Shown piece after piece: positions 21,014 to 35,327 of a DNA stretch of 64,000 nucleotides. Below the pieces are notes generated by a model. It ran no database searches, was not told the origin of the DNA, and saw nothing but the letters and a program-made list of their open reading frames with translations. Numbering within the stretch: the first letter of the stretch is position 1; every line of letters starts with the position of its first letter. The position numbers were made by a program, and so were the translations under genes. The DNA is from Gammaproteobacteria bacterium (lineage in GTDB: Bacteria > Pseudomonadota > Gammaproteobacteria > SZUA-229). The stretch is from assembly GCA_029882395.1 (NCBI GenBank), contig JAOUKT010000006.1, positions 21,915 through 85,914 on the forward strand, in the 5' to 3' direction.

Positions 21014-22030
21014 ATGAACTACACTCTGGCAGAGCTGGCATCACATACAGGTGCAAGGCTAAATGATGCGTCTTTTTCAGACTTAGTCATACAGGCGGTT
21101 GCGCCGGTGCAAACGGCTAAGGCGGGCGATATCAGCTTTTTTGCCGACCCCAGGTATAAAAAGCATCTTGGTGATTGTCATGCCTCGGCGGTTATTCTCA
21201 GTGAGGAGCTGGCTCAGGGTTATAAAGCGGCGGCCTTAATCAGTCATAACCCCTATGCGACTTATGCCAGAGTAGCTGCGCTGATTACACCGGCTGATAT
21301 GCCGGCATCTGAAACCCATGCCAGTGCAGTGATTCACGAATCAGCAAAAATTGGCCCGGGTTGTTATATTGGCCCGAATACTGTGATTGAAGCCGATGTG
21401 GTTATTGAAGCTGATTGTTATCTTGCTGCCGGCATTTATATCGGCAAGGCTTCAAAAGTAGGGCGCTCTACGCGTATCAATGCAAATGTTTCAATTTATC
21501 ATGACTGTGTCATTGGTCAGCGAAATATTATTCATTCGTCAGCGGTTATTGGTGCTGATGGTTTTGGTTTTGCCAATGATGCGGGAGAATGGATAAAGGT
21601 GCCGCAAACCGGTGGTGTTCGACTGGGCGATGACGTAGAAGTCGGCGCCTCGACGACCATCGACAGAGGCGCTATTGATGACACCATTATCGGCAACGGC
21701 GTTAAACTCGATAACCAGATACAAATCGCCCATAACGTGCGGATCGGTGAGCACACCGCAATAGCCGGCTGTTCCGGGGTTGCGGGCAGCGCCGTGATTG
21801 GCAAGCATTGCACGATTGCAGGCATGTGTACCATCGTCGGCCATATTGAATTGGTTGATCATGTTCATATAACGGCCATGTCACTGATTACAAAGTCGAT
21901 TAAAAAACCCGGCAGCTATTCTTCAGGCACTGCCTTTGAAGACACCGCTAGCTGGCGTAAAAACAGCGTTAGATTTAAGCAGCTGGATGTCATGTCCAGA
22001 CGCTTGCATAAATTGGAAAACAAGTCTTAA
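21014..22030 (+). CDS. lpxD: UDP-3-O-(3-hydroxyacyl)glucosamine N-acyltransferase
   Basis: Hexapeptide repeats, GADGFG, TIDRGA, KLDNQIQIAHNV. Confidence 0.98.
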   Translation: MNYTLAELASHTGARLNDASFSDLVIQAVAPVQTAKAGDISFFADPRYKKHLGDCHASAVILSEELAQGYKAAALISHNPYATYARVAALITPADMPASETHASAVIHESAKIGPGCYIGPNTVIEADVVIEADCYLAAGIYIGKASKVGRSTRINANVSIYHDCVIGQRNIIHSSAVIGADGFGFANDAGEWIKVPQTGGVRLGDDVEVGASTTIDRGAIDDTIIGNGVKLDNQIQIAHNVRIGEHTAIAGCSGVAGSAVIGKHCTIAGMCTIVGHIELVDHVHITAMSLITKSIKKPGSYSSGTAFEDTASWRKNSVRFKQLDVMSRRLHKLENKS

Positions 22031-22072
22031 TTATTGGCTGAGTCAAATTAAACAGTTACAGGAGAGTGGTCC

Positions 22073-22522
22073 TTGAAAGAATTAAATATATATGAAGTAA
22101 TGAAGTTTTTACCACATCGTTACCCTTTTTTACTGATAGATCGTGTTGTTGATTACAAAGACAACGATTATCTGCATGCCTATAAAAATGTGTCGATGAA
22201 TGAACCCTTCTTTCAGGGACACTTCCCTGAGTATCCGGTCATGCCGGGCGTACTGATTCTCGAAGCACTGGCTCAGGCCACGGGTATTCTGGCATTTCAG
22301 TCAATGGAGCAAAAACCGGGTGAAGATAACCTCTATCTTTTTGTCGGCATCGATAACGCCCGTTTTAAAAAGCAGGTTGTTCCCGGTGATCAGTTGCATT
22401 TAAAAGTGAAGCTGCTAAAAGAAAAGAGAGGAATCTGGAAGTTTGAAGCAGAAGCTTATGTCGATGATCAACTGGCAGCTTCTGCAACGTTAATGGGTGC
22501 AGCGAGAGATAAAAACCAGTGA
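22073..22522 (+). CDS. fabZ: 3-hydroxyacyl-ACP dehydratase
   Basis: [36 protein letters not shown] start after AGGAG. Confidence 0.98.
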   Translation: MKELNIYEVMKFLPHRYPFLLIDRVVDYKDNDYLHAYKNVSMNEPFFQGHFPEYPVMPGVLILEALAQATGILAFQSMEQKPGEDNLYLFVGIDNARFKKQVVPGDQLHLKVKLLKEKRGIWKFEAEAYVDDQLAASATLMGAARDKNQ

Positions 22523-23289
22523 TACATGAAACCGCCATTATTGATTCATCAGCAAAAATTGCTGATGATGTTGAGATTGGGCCTTACAGCATTATCGGTG
22601 CTGATGTGGAAATCGATTCAGGAACCTGGATTGGACCGCATGTTGTGATCAACGGGCCCGCTAAGATTGGAAAGGATAACCGTATTTACCAGTTTGCTTC
22701 AATCGGAGAGGCGCCACAGGATTTAAAATATGATGGCGAACCGACCAGACTGGAAGTGGGCGACAGAAACACTATCCGTGAATACGTTACCTTTAACCGT
22801 GGTACACCTGACGGTGGTGGACTGACTAAAATTGGCAGCGATAACCTGTTTATGGCGTATGCCCATGTGGCGCACGACTGTCAGGTTGGTAACAAGATTA
22901 TTTTCGCCAATGCCGCTTCACTGGCCGGTCATGTGCATGTCGGTGATCAGGCAATACTCGGCGGTTTTACTTCGGTGCATCAGTTTACCCATATTGGTGA
23001 ACACAGTTTCTCCGGTCTGGGCACCATTATAAACCGTGATGTGCCGCCGTTTGTTATTGTGGCCGGCAATCATGCACAAGCGTATGGCATCAATAAAAAC
23101 GGACTGAAACGGCGCGGCTTTGAGGCGGATACTATACGTGCCTTGCATAAAACCTTTAAGCTTATTGTCAAAGGGCGGAAAAAACGCGATGAGATCCAGG
23201 CTGATCTAGATCAGCTGATAGAAGGTTTTGATGAAGTAAAAACAATGGTCGACTTTATCGATGCCAGTGAGCGCGGCATAGTTCGCTAG
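22519..23289 (+). CDS. lpxA: Acyl-ACP--UDP-N-acetylglucosamine O-acyltransferase
   Basis: PQDLKY, HVAHDC, VHQF, hexapeptide repeats. Confidence 0.98.
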   Translation: MIHETAIIDSSAKIADDVEIGPYSIIGADVEIDSGTWIGPHVVINGPAKIGKDNRIYQFASIGEAPQDLKYDGEPTRLEVGDRNTIREYVTFNRGTPDGGGLTKIGSDNLFMAYAHVAHDCQVGNKIIFANAASLAGHVHVGDQAILGGFTSVHQFTHIGEHSFSGLGTIINRDVPPFVIVAGNHAQAYGINKNGLKRRGFEADTIRALHKTFKLIVKGRKKRDEIQADLDQLIEGFDEVKTMVDFIDASERGIVR

Positions 23290-23297
23290 CGGCTTGT

Positions 23298-23609
23298 CTA
23301 AAAGTCTTCCAGCTTATAAACGTCATAAGCGGGTTCCTCATAAGGGTGTGAGGCTTTTAGTGCGGCAATCGCAGATTTAATAAAGAGCTGGTCACAAACC
23401 AGCTCAACTTTAAGTTCCTCGATGACAGCTAGCTGCCCATGCTCACCAATGAAGGGTTTGCTCTGGTCTAAGGCCATGAACTGACCCTTGCCTGTCGTTT
23501 GCCAGCAACACTGGTCATAATCACCGATTTTACCGGCACCGGCTGAAAATAAGGCGGTTTTTACTTGCTCTGCATAGTCAGGTGGTACAAAAAAGCAGAT
23601 CTTATACAT
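23298..23609 (-). CDS. YqfO-family / NIF3-related small PII-like protein
   Basis: FFVP, AGAGKIGDYDQC, G.GQF, HPYEEPAYDV. Confidence 0.85.
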   Translation of the reverse strand: MYKICFFVPPDYAEQVKTALFSAGAGKIGDYDQCCWQTTGKGQFMALDQSKPFIGEHGQLAVIEELKVELVCDQLFIKSAIAALKASHPYEEPAYDVYKLEDF

Positions 23610-23717
23610 GATTAATGATTCCGTTAATTACAATAAACCCTGTTATTGGCTGGTTTTGTAATGCCTCAGTTTGACGCATAATTCATATTATTATAATTAC
23701 TATTTAGGAACAAATTA

Positions 23718-23987
23718 ATGAGTGGTATTCAGTTATCTGATGCATTAATCGAAGATCTTAAAAAAACTGTTCAGCAACACGATGCTGCTGCCGCCGATGA
23801 CCTGGTAGCCGTGCAATATATGGCCGCTTCTGTCGGTTATGTTATCGCCACCTTAACCGATGCGCGGTTCGATAAAAGAGAAGTGATGAAGCAGCTGGCT
23901 GAATTTAGCCTTCAGGTGTTTGAGCAAATGCAAGAGGATATTAAACCCAAAGAAGAGGCTTTTGGCGTCTGGAAACCGGGTCAATAA
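23718..23987 (+). CDS. Hypothetical 89-aa acidic helical protein
   Basis: AGGA SD, plausible composition, distinctive C-terminus EEAFGVWKPGQ. Confidence 0.7.
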   Translation: MSGIQLSDALIEDLKKTVQQHDAAAADDLVAVQYMAASVGYVIATLTDARFDKREVMKQLAEFSLQVFEQMQEDIKPKEEAFGVWKPGQ

Positions 23988-24009
23988 TTGCACCATAGTG
24001 AACAATGTC

Positions 24010-24675
24010 ATGCATAACGAATTCTGGCTTGAGCGCTGGCAAAATAAACAAACGGGTTTTCATCAGCAGCAGGTAAATCCTTATCTTGTTAAATACTGGC
24101 CGCTGCTCGATAACGGCGCTAACAACCGTGTTTTTGTACCGCTTTGTGGTAAATCGGCCGATCTGGTCTGGTTAAGGCAGCAGGGCTGTGAGGTTGTCGG
24201 TGTTGAACTGAGCCAGCTGGCAGTTGAAGCGTTTTTTGCAGAGCAAGAGATAGAATATGAAACCAGTACAAAAGGCAAACTGAAGTTATTTAAAGCCTGC
24301 AACATGACTATTTTCCAGGGTGATTTTTTTGACCTAAGCAAAGACCTGCTGGGCCCAATAACGGCTATATTTGACCGCGCAGCGTTAATTGCATTACCTG
24401 AAACGATGCGAGGCGCTTATTGCAAACACCTTGCGAGCCTAGCCACAAAGGCGGAGATGCTTTTGATCAGTATGGAGTATCAGCAGTCGGCTATGCAAGG
24501 ACCGCCTTTTTCAGTAGCAGAGTCTGAAATTGTTCAATATTACTCTGCGCCTGACACGATTCAGCTGATTGACAGTGCCGATTTATTAAAAATATCGTCT
24601 CAGTTCAGTCAGCAGGGCTTGGATAGAATTGATGAAAAAGTATTTAAGATATCATTAACGGGTACAACTAAATAA
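24010..24675 (+). CDS. tpm: Thiopurine S-methyltransferase (TPMT)
   Basis: FWLERW...GFHQ, VFVPLCGKS.D, FDRAALIAL, GPPFSV; probable ATG at 24010. Confidence 0.93.
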   Translation: MHNEFWLERWQNKQTGFHQQQVNPYLVKYWPLLDNGANNRVFVPLCGKSADLVWLRQQGCEVVGVELSQLAVEAFFAEQEIEYETSTKGKLKLFKACNMTIFQGDFFDLSKDLLGPITAIFDRAALIALPETMRGAYCKHLASLATKAEMLLISMEYQQSAMQGPPFSVAESEIVQYYSAPDTIQLIDSADLLKISSQFSQQGLDRIDEKVFKISLTGTTK

Positions 24676-27608
24676 TGGCCAATAAAATGAATTCAAACAC
24701 AGCATTTAAAAGCCTCGGTGCACAGAGCATTGAGTCGCTTAATCTGACAGTCGAACAATATGAGCATATAAAAACAGGGGCTATGCATTATCACTTAAAT
24801 GCCGATAATGATGAAAACGTTTTTTTAGTGGCACTACGAACGGTGCCAATGGATTCAAGAGGCGTTGCCCATATTCTCGAACACACGGCATTATGTGGCA
24901 GTGAACACTACCCGGTTCGTGACCCGTTTTTTATGATGATCAGACGCTCACTAAATACCTTCATGAACGCTTTTACCAGCAGTGACTGGACGGCGTACCC
25001 GTTTGCCAGCAAAAATAAAAAAGATTTTCATAATTTGTTGGATGTATACCTCGATGCCGTTTTTTTCTCACGCCTGCATGAGCTGGATTTTTTGCAGGAA
25101 GGTCATCGAGTTGAATTTGAAAAAGCAGACGATGCCACAAGCGATCTTGTCTTTAAGGGCGTTGTCTATAATGAAATGAAAGGGGCGATGAGTTCGCCGG
25201 TTAGTCAGTTATGGCAGCTCTTTACCCGCTATTTGTTCCCGACCACCACTTATCATTATAACAGCGGTGGTGAGCCTGAGCATATTCCGGATCTGAGTTA
25301 TGATGATTTAAAGAATTTTTACCAGAAGCATTATCACCCTTCAAATGCTGTTTTCATGACCTATGGCAATATTTCTGCAGCAGAGCACCAGGCTGTGTTT
25401 GAAAATAACGTCCTGTCACAATTCGACAAATCGGATGACTTGATAAAAGTAGATGATGAAAAAAGGTATTTTTCACCGCTGATTATCGAAGAGTCTTATG
25501 CGCTGGATGAGGCTGAAATCAATGCTGACCAGCAGGGCAAGACGCATCATGTGATGGGCTGGTTACTGGGTAAAAGCACCGATCTTTACGAGATGTTAAG
25601 CGCGCATTTGTTGTCAGGTGTTTTGCTCGATAACAGTTCTTCACCTTTAATGCATGCCCTGGAAACCAGTGATATTGCCAGTGCGCCATCACCTTTGTGC
25701 GGTCTTGAAGATTCTAATCGTGAAATGGCCTTTATGTGTGGCCTGGAAGGCAGCCAGCCTGAGCATGCCCAGGCATTTCAGGAGATCGTCTTAAGCGTGC
25801 TCAATGATGTCGCCGATAACGGCGTGGAGCTGGCAAATGTCGAAGCGGTACTGCATCAGCTCGAATTAAGTCAGCGTGAAATTGGTGGCGATAGTTACCC
25901 CTATGGTCTGCAGCTGATACTGGCGGGTTTATCTGCCGCCACTCATCGCGGCAACCCGATTGAAATTTTAAACCTTGACCCGGTACTCGATCAGTTGCGC
26001 CAGGATATACAGAATCCTGATTTTATTCCTGCTCTTGTCAGAAAACATTTGCTGGATAACCCGCACCGTATCCGTTTGACTTTAAAGCCCGATGCAAAGC
26101 TGGCCCTATTCCGTGAGCAGGCTGAAAAACAGCGTCTGGCCGAGATGAAAGCCAGGCTGACTGACGCTGAACGGCAAAAAATTATCTCGACAGCCGAGGA
26201 TCTGGCTGTCAGGCAACAGCTCGAAGATGACCCGGATGTGCTGCCTAAAGTCGGGCTCGAAGATGTGCCGGCAAAAATGTCGATTGCTGCAGGACAAAAT
26301 GTTGAAGGCTGTCGTTTACCCCTGAGTTTTTATTCTCAGGGCACCAACGGCATTGCCTACCAGCAGCTGGTCATAGATCTGCCTGAGTTAGCCGATGAGT
26401 TGATCAATATATTACCGCATTACTGTTCGGTGATGACAGAGCTGGGTGCAGATGGTAAGGACTATATGCAAACCCAGTCATGGCAGGCAGCTGTCTCCGG
26501 CGGCTTGTCGGCTTATTATAGTCTGCGGGGGCAGGTCGATAATGAACAATGTGTAAAAGGTTATTTTGTTTTAACCGGTAAAGCATTGTTAGACAAACAC
26601 GATCAGCTGACGCAGTTAATGAATAAAACAATTGAGACGGTTAGCTTTGATGAGAAAAACAGAATCCGGGAATTGATGGCACAAAAACGTGCACGCATGG
26701 AACAAAGTGTGACCGGTAGTGGTCATACTCTGGCTATGACGGCTGCCAGCAGTCTGATGAGCCCGGTCGCAAACTTCTCAAATAATTCAAATGGCCTGCA
26801 GGGCATTGTAAATATAAAACAGCTCGATGCGCAGCTAGAAACGGAAAGCGGTCTTGATGTGTTTATAGACAAGTTAAAAACATTGCATAATGTTATTTTG
26901 AATGCGCCCCGGCAGCTGTTATTAATAGCCGACAGCGAGTCAAAAGAGAGACTGATCAGTGACACTAACAGTATCTGGCAGCAAAATAAAGCCACTGATT
27001 TCAAGACATTCTCTTTAGCTGAAGTTTGTGACACGGTGCAACAGTTATGGGTTACCAGTACGCAAGTGAATTTTTGCTCAAAGGCATACAAAACCGTGCC
27101 GATAGAGCATGCTGATGCCGCCGCCTTATCTGTGCTGGGGGGATTTTTGAGAAATGGTTTCCTGCATATGCACATTAGAGAAAATGGCGGTGCCTATGGC
27201 GGCGGTGCCAGTCAGGATTCATCAATTGCGGCCTTTCGCTTTTATTCTTACCGAGACCCGCGTTTGCTTGAGACTCTCGATGATTTCGACAAAGCCATCA
27301 CCTGGATGTTGGAAACCGAGCATGATGCGAGATTACTGGAAGAAGCCATATTAGGTGTGATCGGCACGCTCGATAAACCGGGGTCTCCGGCCGGGGAAGC
27401 TAAACATGCTTTCCATAATGCATTATTTGGCAGAACAGCCGAGCAGCAGCAGGCCTATCGTGAGCGTATACTTAAGGTCAGCATGGATGACTTAAAGCGC
27501 GTGACAGAGCGATACCTGAAATCGGCAGAGGCTTCGGTAGCTGTTATTACTAATTCAAGCACAATTGATCAGCTCGGTGAGCTGGGAATGGAAGTGCATC
27601 ATTTGTAA
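24675..27608 (+). CDS. Insulinase-family M16C peptidase (presequence protease PreP/Cym1-like)
   Basis: Inverted zinc motif HILEH, RSLNTFMNAFT, GVVYNEMKG, IRENGGAYG, FYSYRDP; 977 aa. Confidence 0.93.
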   Translation: MANKMNSNTAFKSLGAQSIESLNLTVEQYEHIKTGAMHYHLNADNDENVFLVALRTVPMDSRGVAHILEHTALCGSEHYPVRDPFFMMIRRSLNTFMNAFTSSDWTAYPFASKNKKDFHNLLDVYLDAVFFSRLHELDFLQEGHRVEFEKADDATSDLVFKGVVYNEMKGAMSSPVSQLWQLFTRYLFPTTTYHYNSGGEPEHIPDLSYDDLKNFYQKHYHPSNAVFMTYGNISAAEHQAVFENNVLSQFDKSDDLIKVDDEKRYFSPLIIEESYALDEAEINADQQGKTHHVMGWLLGKSTDLYEMLSAHLLSGVLLDNSSSPLMHALETSDIASAPSPLCGLEDSNREMAFMCGLEGSQPEHAQAFQEIVLSVLNDVADNGVELANVEAVLHQLELSQREIGGDSYPYGLQLILAGLSAATHRGNPIEILNLDPVLDQLRQDIQNPDFIPALVRKHLLDNPHRIRLTLKPDAKLALFREQAEKQRLAEMKARLTDAERQKIISTAEDLAVRQQLEDDPDVLPKVGLEDVPAKMSIAAGQNVEGCRLPLSFYSQGTNGIAYQQLVIDLPELADELINILPHYCSVMTELGADGKDYMQTQSWQAAVSGGLSAYYSLRGQVDNEQCVKGYFVLTGKALLDKHDQLTQLMNKTIETVSFDEKNRIRELMAQKRARMEQSVTGSGHTLAMTAASSLMSPVANFSNNSNGLQGIVNIKQLDAQLETESGLDVFIDKLKTLHNVILNAPRQLLLIADSESKERLISDTNSIWQQNKATDFKTFSLAEVCDTVQQLWVTSTQVNFCSKAYKTVPIEHADAAALSVLGGFLRNGFLHMHIRENGGAYGGGASQDSSIAAFRFYSYRDPRLLETLDDFDKAITWMLETEHDARLLEEAILGVIGTLDKPGSPAGEAKHAFHNALFGRTAEQQQAYRERILKVSMDDLKRVTERYLKSAEASVAVITNSSTIDQLGELGMEVHHL

Positions 27609-30049
27609 TCTGACTGCAGCTGTCTGAAAAAGTGATCAGCCGGGCAGGGTTTGGAAAATAAATAACCCTGTCCCAGCTTGCATTCCAGAGCGGACAGGAT
27701 ATCGGCCTGATAATCGTATTCTATGCCTTCGGCAATCACGGACAAGCCAAGGCTTTTTGCCATATTGATAATGGCCTTTATAATCACCTGGCTGTCTCTG
27801 TTGGAGTCCAGATCCATGACAAAGGCGCGGTCGATTTTCAGGCAATTAATAGGCAGTTGTATTAAATAGCTAAGTGATGAATAGCCTGATCCAAAATCGT
27901 CAAGTGAAATATTGAAGCCGATATCTTTCAGTTCATTCAGCATATCATCGGCTTTTTCTGCTTTAGAGATAAGCACCCCTTCGGTAATTTCAATTTCAAG
28001 ATTCTTTGCAGAGGTCTTGGTCGATAACAAAATGCTTTTTATATCTTCTACCAGCTGGCTGTTAGTAAAATGCTTGGCTGACAGGTTAATGGAGATGACC
28101 AGGTCGGGGGCAATTTGCAGCCATTTTGACATGTTTTCACATGTTTTTCGTAATACCCATAAATCGACCTCTTTTATAAAATCGGTCTTTTCCAAAATAG
28201 GAATAAAGTCTGCGGCTGACATATCGGGGTATTTTTTATTGGGCCAGCGCAATAAAGCTTCGGCCCCATAAATTTTACGACTATCCAGTTTAACCTTGGA
28301 CTGAAAGTAAACCTCAAACTCGTTGTTTTTAAAGGCCCGTTTCAGGTCATCTTCGAGGTGTCTCAGGTTGAGTGCCTGCTGAGCTAACGTCGCGGTATAA
28401 AATGAATAAGTGTTTTTGCCCTGTGCCTTTGCCTGGTACATTGCTGTGTCGGCCTGTTTGATCAGCGAATAGGCGTTGTCTGAATCTGAGAAAGGGTAAA
28501 TGGTAATACCAAGACTGCAGGATGTTTTAATTTTATGGCCCTTTAATACACAGGGCGTCGATAAATTACTGACAATTTTTTCGGCAATGCAATGCACATC
28601 GTCAATGTGTTTCAGGTTGCTCAAAATAACGGTGAATTCATCGCCACCAAGACGAGCCACACAGTCGGTATCTCTGACACTTCGCAATAACTGTTTAGAT
28701 GTTTCAATGATAAGCTCGTCACCAATATCATGCCCCATGGTGTCGTTAATAAATTTAAAGCCATCAAGGTCAAGAAATATAATGGCCATTAATGAATCGC
28801 TTCGGCGGCATTGCTTGATGCTTTCTTTGAGCTTGTCAATGAACATGTTTCTGTTGAATAGGCCGGTTAACGGATCGTGGTTTGCAAGAAACAACAGGTT
28901 TTTTTCTGTTTCTTTGCGCTCTGTTATATTCTGCACATTAGCCAGATAAACCGGCGGTACTTCACTGTGTGATAGCTGGATCCTGATTTCTACCGGGTAT
29001 TCGCTATTATCTTTTCTTTTGAATACTGACTGGATTACAACCTGGGCTTTTTTAGCATCGAATAATGATTCGGTTAACCTGTGAAACATAGGTTCTGTAA
29101 TATCCTGAAGTAAATCCGTTATTCTAAGCTGGCTGATTTCAAGCTTTGAGTATCCAAGGTTATCCAGTGCGCCCGTGTTGGCCTGACTGAACCTTAATGT
29201 CCTGATATCAAAAACGTAAATCTCATCCCATGAAAGTTCAATTAAGCGACCAAATCGTGACTGGTTAATGTCAGCTTGCTGATGGCTTTTATCAAGGTAG
29301 TTGCAGATTGATAAGACATAGGATTTATTATCGATGTTAATGAGTTTGGCCGTCACATGAACCGAGTGATGTTGGCCATTTTTAGCGACATGTATAGCAT
29401 TAAACTCTGCTTTTTTATCGCGTTTGATATTTCTTCCGATCGCTTTAATGGTTTCTATGTTGCCGGCAGGGTTAATCGAGCGCGCATTTAACTGTAATAA
29501 TTCATCGCGGCTATATCCCAGTTGCTGGCATGAAACCTCATTTACTTCAATGAACTGACCATGACGGCCTTTGCCTTCGTCATCGAAAATGGCGATAAAA
29601 ATGCCATGATCTAATTTATCAATGACATGGCTCAAAATCGCGCGCTGATGGGAGTCCTGCAAGCTGTTGCAGGGTTCTATCAGCAGAAGGCGGCATTGAT
29701 CGAGACCGTCAATATCAATGTCGATGTCGTTTATTTGCGCTGTAACGGCAATGCTTTTGTTATTATGTGTTAAAAATGAAAGCTCAATTTTTTCTTTGTT
29801 TTCGCTCAGATGTGACTGTAAGCTCTGGTGCTTTTTGCTGAGGCCGGAATTGACTGAAGCAATAAAAAATATTTCCTCCAGAGGTGTGTTTGTTTCGGGG
29901 TAGTTGTCGGCACAATACAGTTGAGAGAACTTGCTGTTATAGGCTTTGATTAGCCGGTTTTTATCAATGCACAGTGCCGCCATCGGTATTGAGTTAATAT
30001 AGTCATTGATGAATGTGGAATTTTTCACGGCTTTGATACATGGCCTCAC
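27599..30049 (-). CDS. Cytoplasmic multi-PAS GGDEF-EAL protein (c-di-GMP synthase/phosphodiesterase)
   Basis: Two clear PAS domains (LGYSRDEL, LGYSKLEI) plus a probable third; HDPLTGL, RDTD-x5-GGDEF, EALLRW, DDFGSGYSS, EGIE, QGY. Start uncertain. Confidence 0.92.
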   Translation of the reverse strand: MRPCIKAVKNSTFINDYINSIPMAALCIDKNRLIKAYNSKFSQLYCADNYPETNTPLEEIFFIASVNSGLSKKHQSLQSHLSENKEKIELSFLTHNNKSIAVTAQINDIDIDIDGLDQCRLLLIEPCNSLQDSHQRAILSHVIDKLDHGIFIAIFDDEGKGRHGQFIEVNEVSCQQLGYSRDELLQLNARSINPAGNIETIKAIGRNIKRDKKAEFNAIHVAKNGQHHSVHVTAKLINIDNKSYVLSICNYLDKSHQQADINQSRFGRLIELSWDEIYVFDIRTLRFSQANTGALDNLGYSKLEISQLRITDLLQDITEPMFHRLTESLFDAKKAQVVIQSVFKRKDNSEYPVEIRIQLSHSEVPPVYLANVQNITERKETEKNLLFLANHDPLTGLFNRNMFIDKLKESIKQCRRSDSLMAIIFLDLDGFKFINDTMGHDIGDELIIETSKQLLRSVRDTDCVARLGGDEFTVILSNLKHIDDVHCIAEKIVSNLSTPCVLKGHKIKTSCSLGITIYPFSDSDNAYSLIKQADTAMYQAKAQGKNTYSFYTATLAQQALNLRHLEDDLKRAFKNNEFEVYFQSKVKLDSRKIYGAEALLRWPNKKYPDMSAADFIPILEKTDFIKEVDLWVLRKTCENMSKWLQIAPDLVISINLSAKHFTNSQLVEDIKSILLSTKTSAKNLEIEITEGVLISKAEKADDMLNELKDIGFNISLDDFGSGYSSLSYLIQLPINCLKIDRAFVMDLDSNRDSQVIIKAIINMAKSLGLSVIAEGIEYDYQADILSALECKLGQGYLFSKPCPADHFFRQLQSDYK

Positions 30050-30106
30050 TTATTAAATGGTATAGCAGAAAGTTTGCTTCTGATGCGTTGATAACGATAA
30101 CTTTTT

Positions 30107-31195
30107 TTATGGCAGGTGTGGTTTTTTCAAATAATTGACAGATTTCATTTCCTCTAGTCTGGAAATGGTTCTTGCAAACTCAAATGACAGGCTGCTGCCC
30201 TGATAAAGGTTCTCCGGTAAGCTGGCTGCGCTGATGATGATGTTAACGTTTCGGTCATAAAATTCATCCAAAAGCTGGATGAATCGCCTGGTTTTATCGG
30301 CATTGTTTTCTGTTAAAACGGGGATCTCAGAAATAAAAACGGTGTGGAAAAGTTTTGCCAGCTCGATGTAATCGGCTACGGCCCTGGGGCTGTCAAATAT
30401 CTGGTCAAATATAAACCAGACAATATCATCAGCCAGTTTATATGCCGCTAATGAACGCTGGTTGATAAACAGCTGCGTATTTGTTTTCGGGGTGCAGGGG
30501 CTTAACTGGATAAAATAATCTTCCAGTTTTTTCTGATTCGTAGTGTTTAATGGCGATAAATATGATTCAGATTTCTGGATAGTATTGAGCCGGTGATCTT
30601 CGCCGTCTTCAATTTTTATAATCTGACTGAATTGTTTGATTAAGGCAATCGCCGGTATAAAGCGCTGCCTTTGCAGGCCGTCCCGGTATAGCTCATCAGG
30701 CTCTATATTGGAGGTCATTATTATAGTCACGCCGTTCTCGAAAAAGGCCTCTAATAAGCCACGAAGAATCATCGCGTCGGTGATATCTGAGACGTGAAAC
30801 TCATCAAGACATAATATCCGGTACTGGCTGGAAAACTGGCTGGCAATTAACTTCAGCGGGTTTTTTTGACCTTTGTAGTGATCCAGCTGTTCATGTATTT
30901 CTTTGATAAAACGATGGAAATGTAAACGGTATTTATTATCAATGTTCAGTGTTTCATAAAACAAATCCATTAACCATGTCTTGCCGCGACCGACGCCGCC
31001 CCAGAGATATATACCTTTGACGGGCGCCGGTGTCACAAAGAGCTGTTTAATGGCACTGATCAATGATCGTGGCTTACCACTTTGCTCTATGTCTTGCTGT
31101 AATCTATTAAAAGCCTGTATGACCCTTTTCTGACCATCATCCGGCTGGAAATCTTTATCAGTCAGAACCTGCTGATAGCGCTGTAACGGGGTCAT
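30107..31195 (-). CDS. zapE: Cell division ATPase ZapE (AFG1 family)
   Basis: GIYLWGGVGRGKTWLMD, LCLDEFHV.DI.DAMIL, RRFI.L.DEFYD, FART.SRL. Confidence 0.95.
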   Translation of the reverse strand: MTPLQRYQQVLTDKDFQPDDGQKRVIQAFNRLQQDIEQSGKPRSLISAIKQLFVTPAPVKGIYLWGGVGRGKTWLMDLFYETLNIDNKYRLHFHRFIKEIHEQLDHYKGQKNPLKLIASQFSSQYRILCLDEFHVSDITDAMILRGLLEAFFENGVTIIMTSNIEPDELYRDGLQRQRFIPAIALIKQFSQIIKIEDGEDHRLNTIQKSESYLSPLNTTNQKKLEDYFIQLSPCTPKTNTQLFINQRSLAAYKLADDIVWFIFDQIFDSPRAVADYIELAKLFHTVFISEIPVLTENNADKTRRFIQLLDEFYDRNVNIIISAASLPENLYQGSSLSFEFARTISRLEEMKSVNYLKKPHLP

Positions 31196-31385
31196 GTTAA
31201 TTGTTCAATCCACTTTGTTACGTATTTGTAACGATTTTGTAAAAACAGGATTTATCTGTATGGGTTTCATATTATAGAAGCTTATTCAATTTTTGGCTGT
31301 CTTTGAAAGATGAATTTCCACTGAAAGCCGGGGATTAATAGTTTCATATCAATCCAGCCGATGTTGGTTAGCGTGTAGATACTGA

Positions 31386-31414
31386 TTGAGGCATAAATGA
31401 GATTTTGGTATGAT
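31386..31414 (+). promoter_or_regulatory. Putative sigma70 promoter of the pyrG operon
   Basis: TTGAGG-N17-TATGAT with extended TG. Confidence 0.6.
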
Positions 31415-31466
31415 ACCGTCTTTCTGCGGCAACTCTGTCGCCCTATCTGAGAAATAGCATTCTTAA

Positions 31467-35318
<3,852 letters not shown>

Positions 35319-35327
35319 AAGGCTTTA

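Noticed and set aside
23671..23697. TTGACG...TATAAT promoter candidate for the tpm operon
   Set aside because: The spacer is only 15 nt; possible but not well enough supported.
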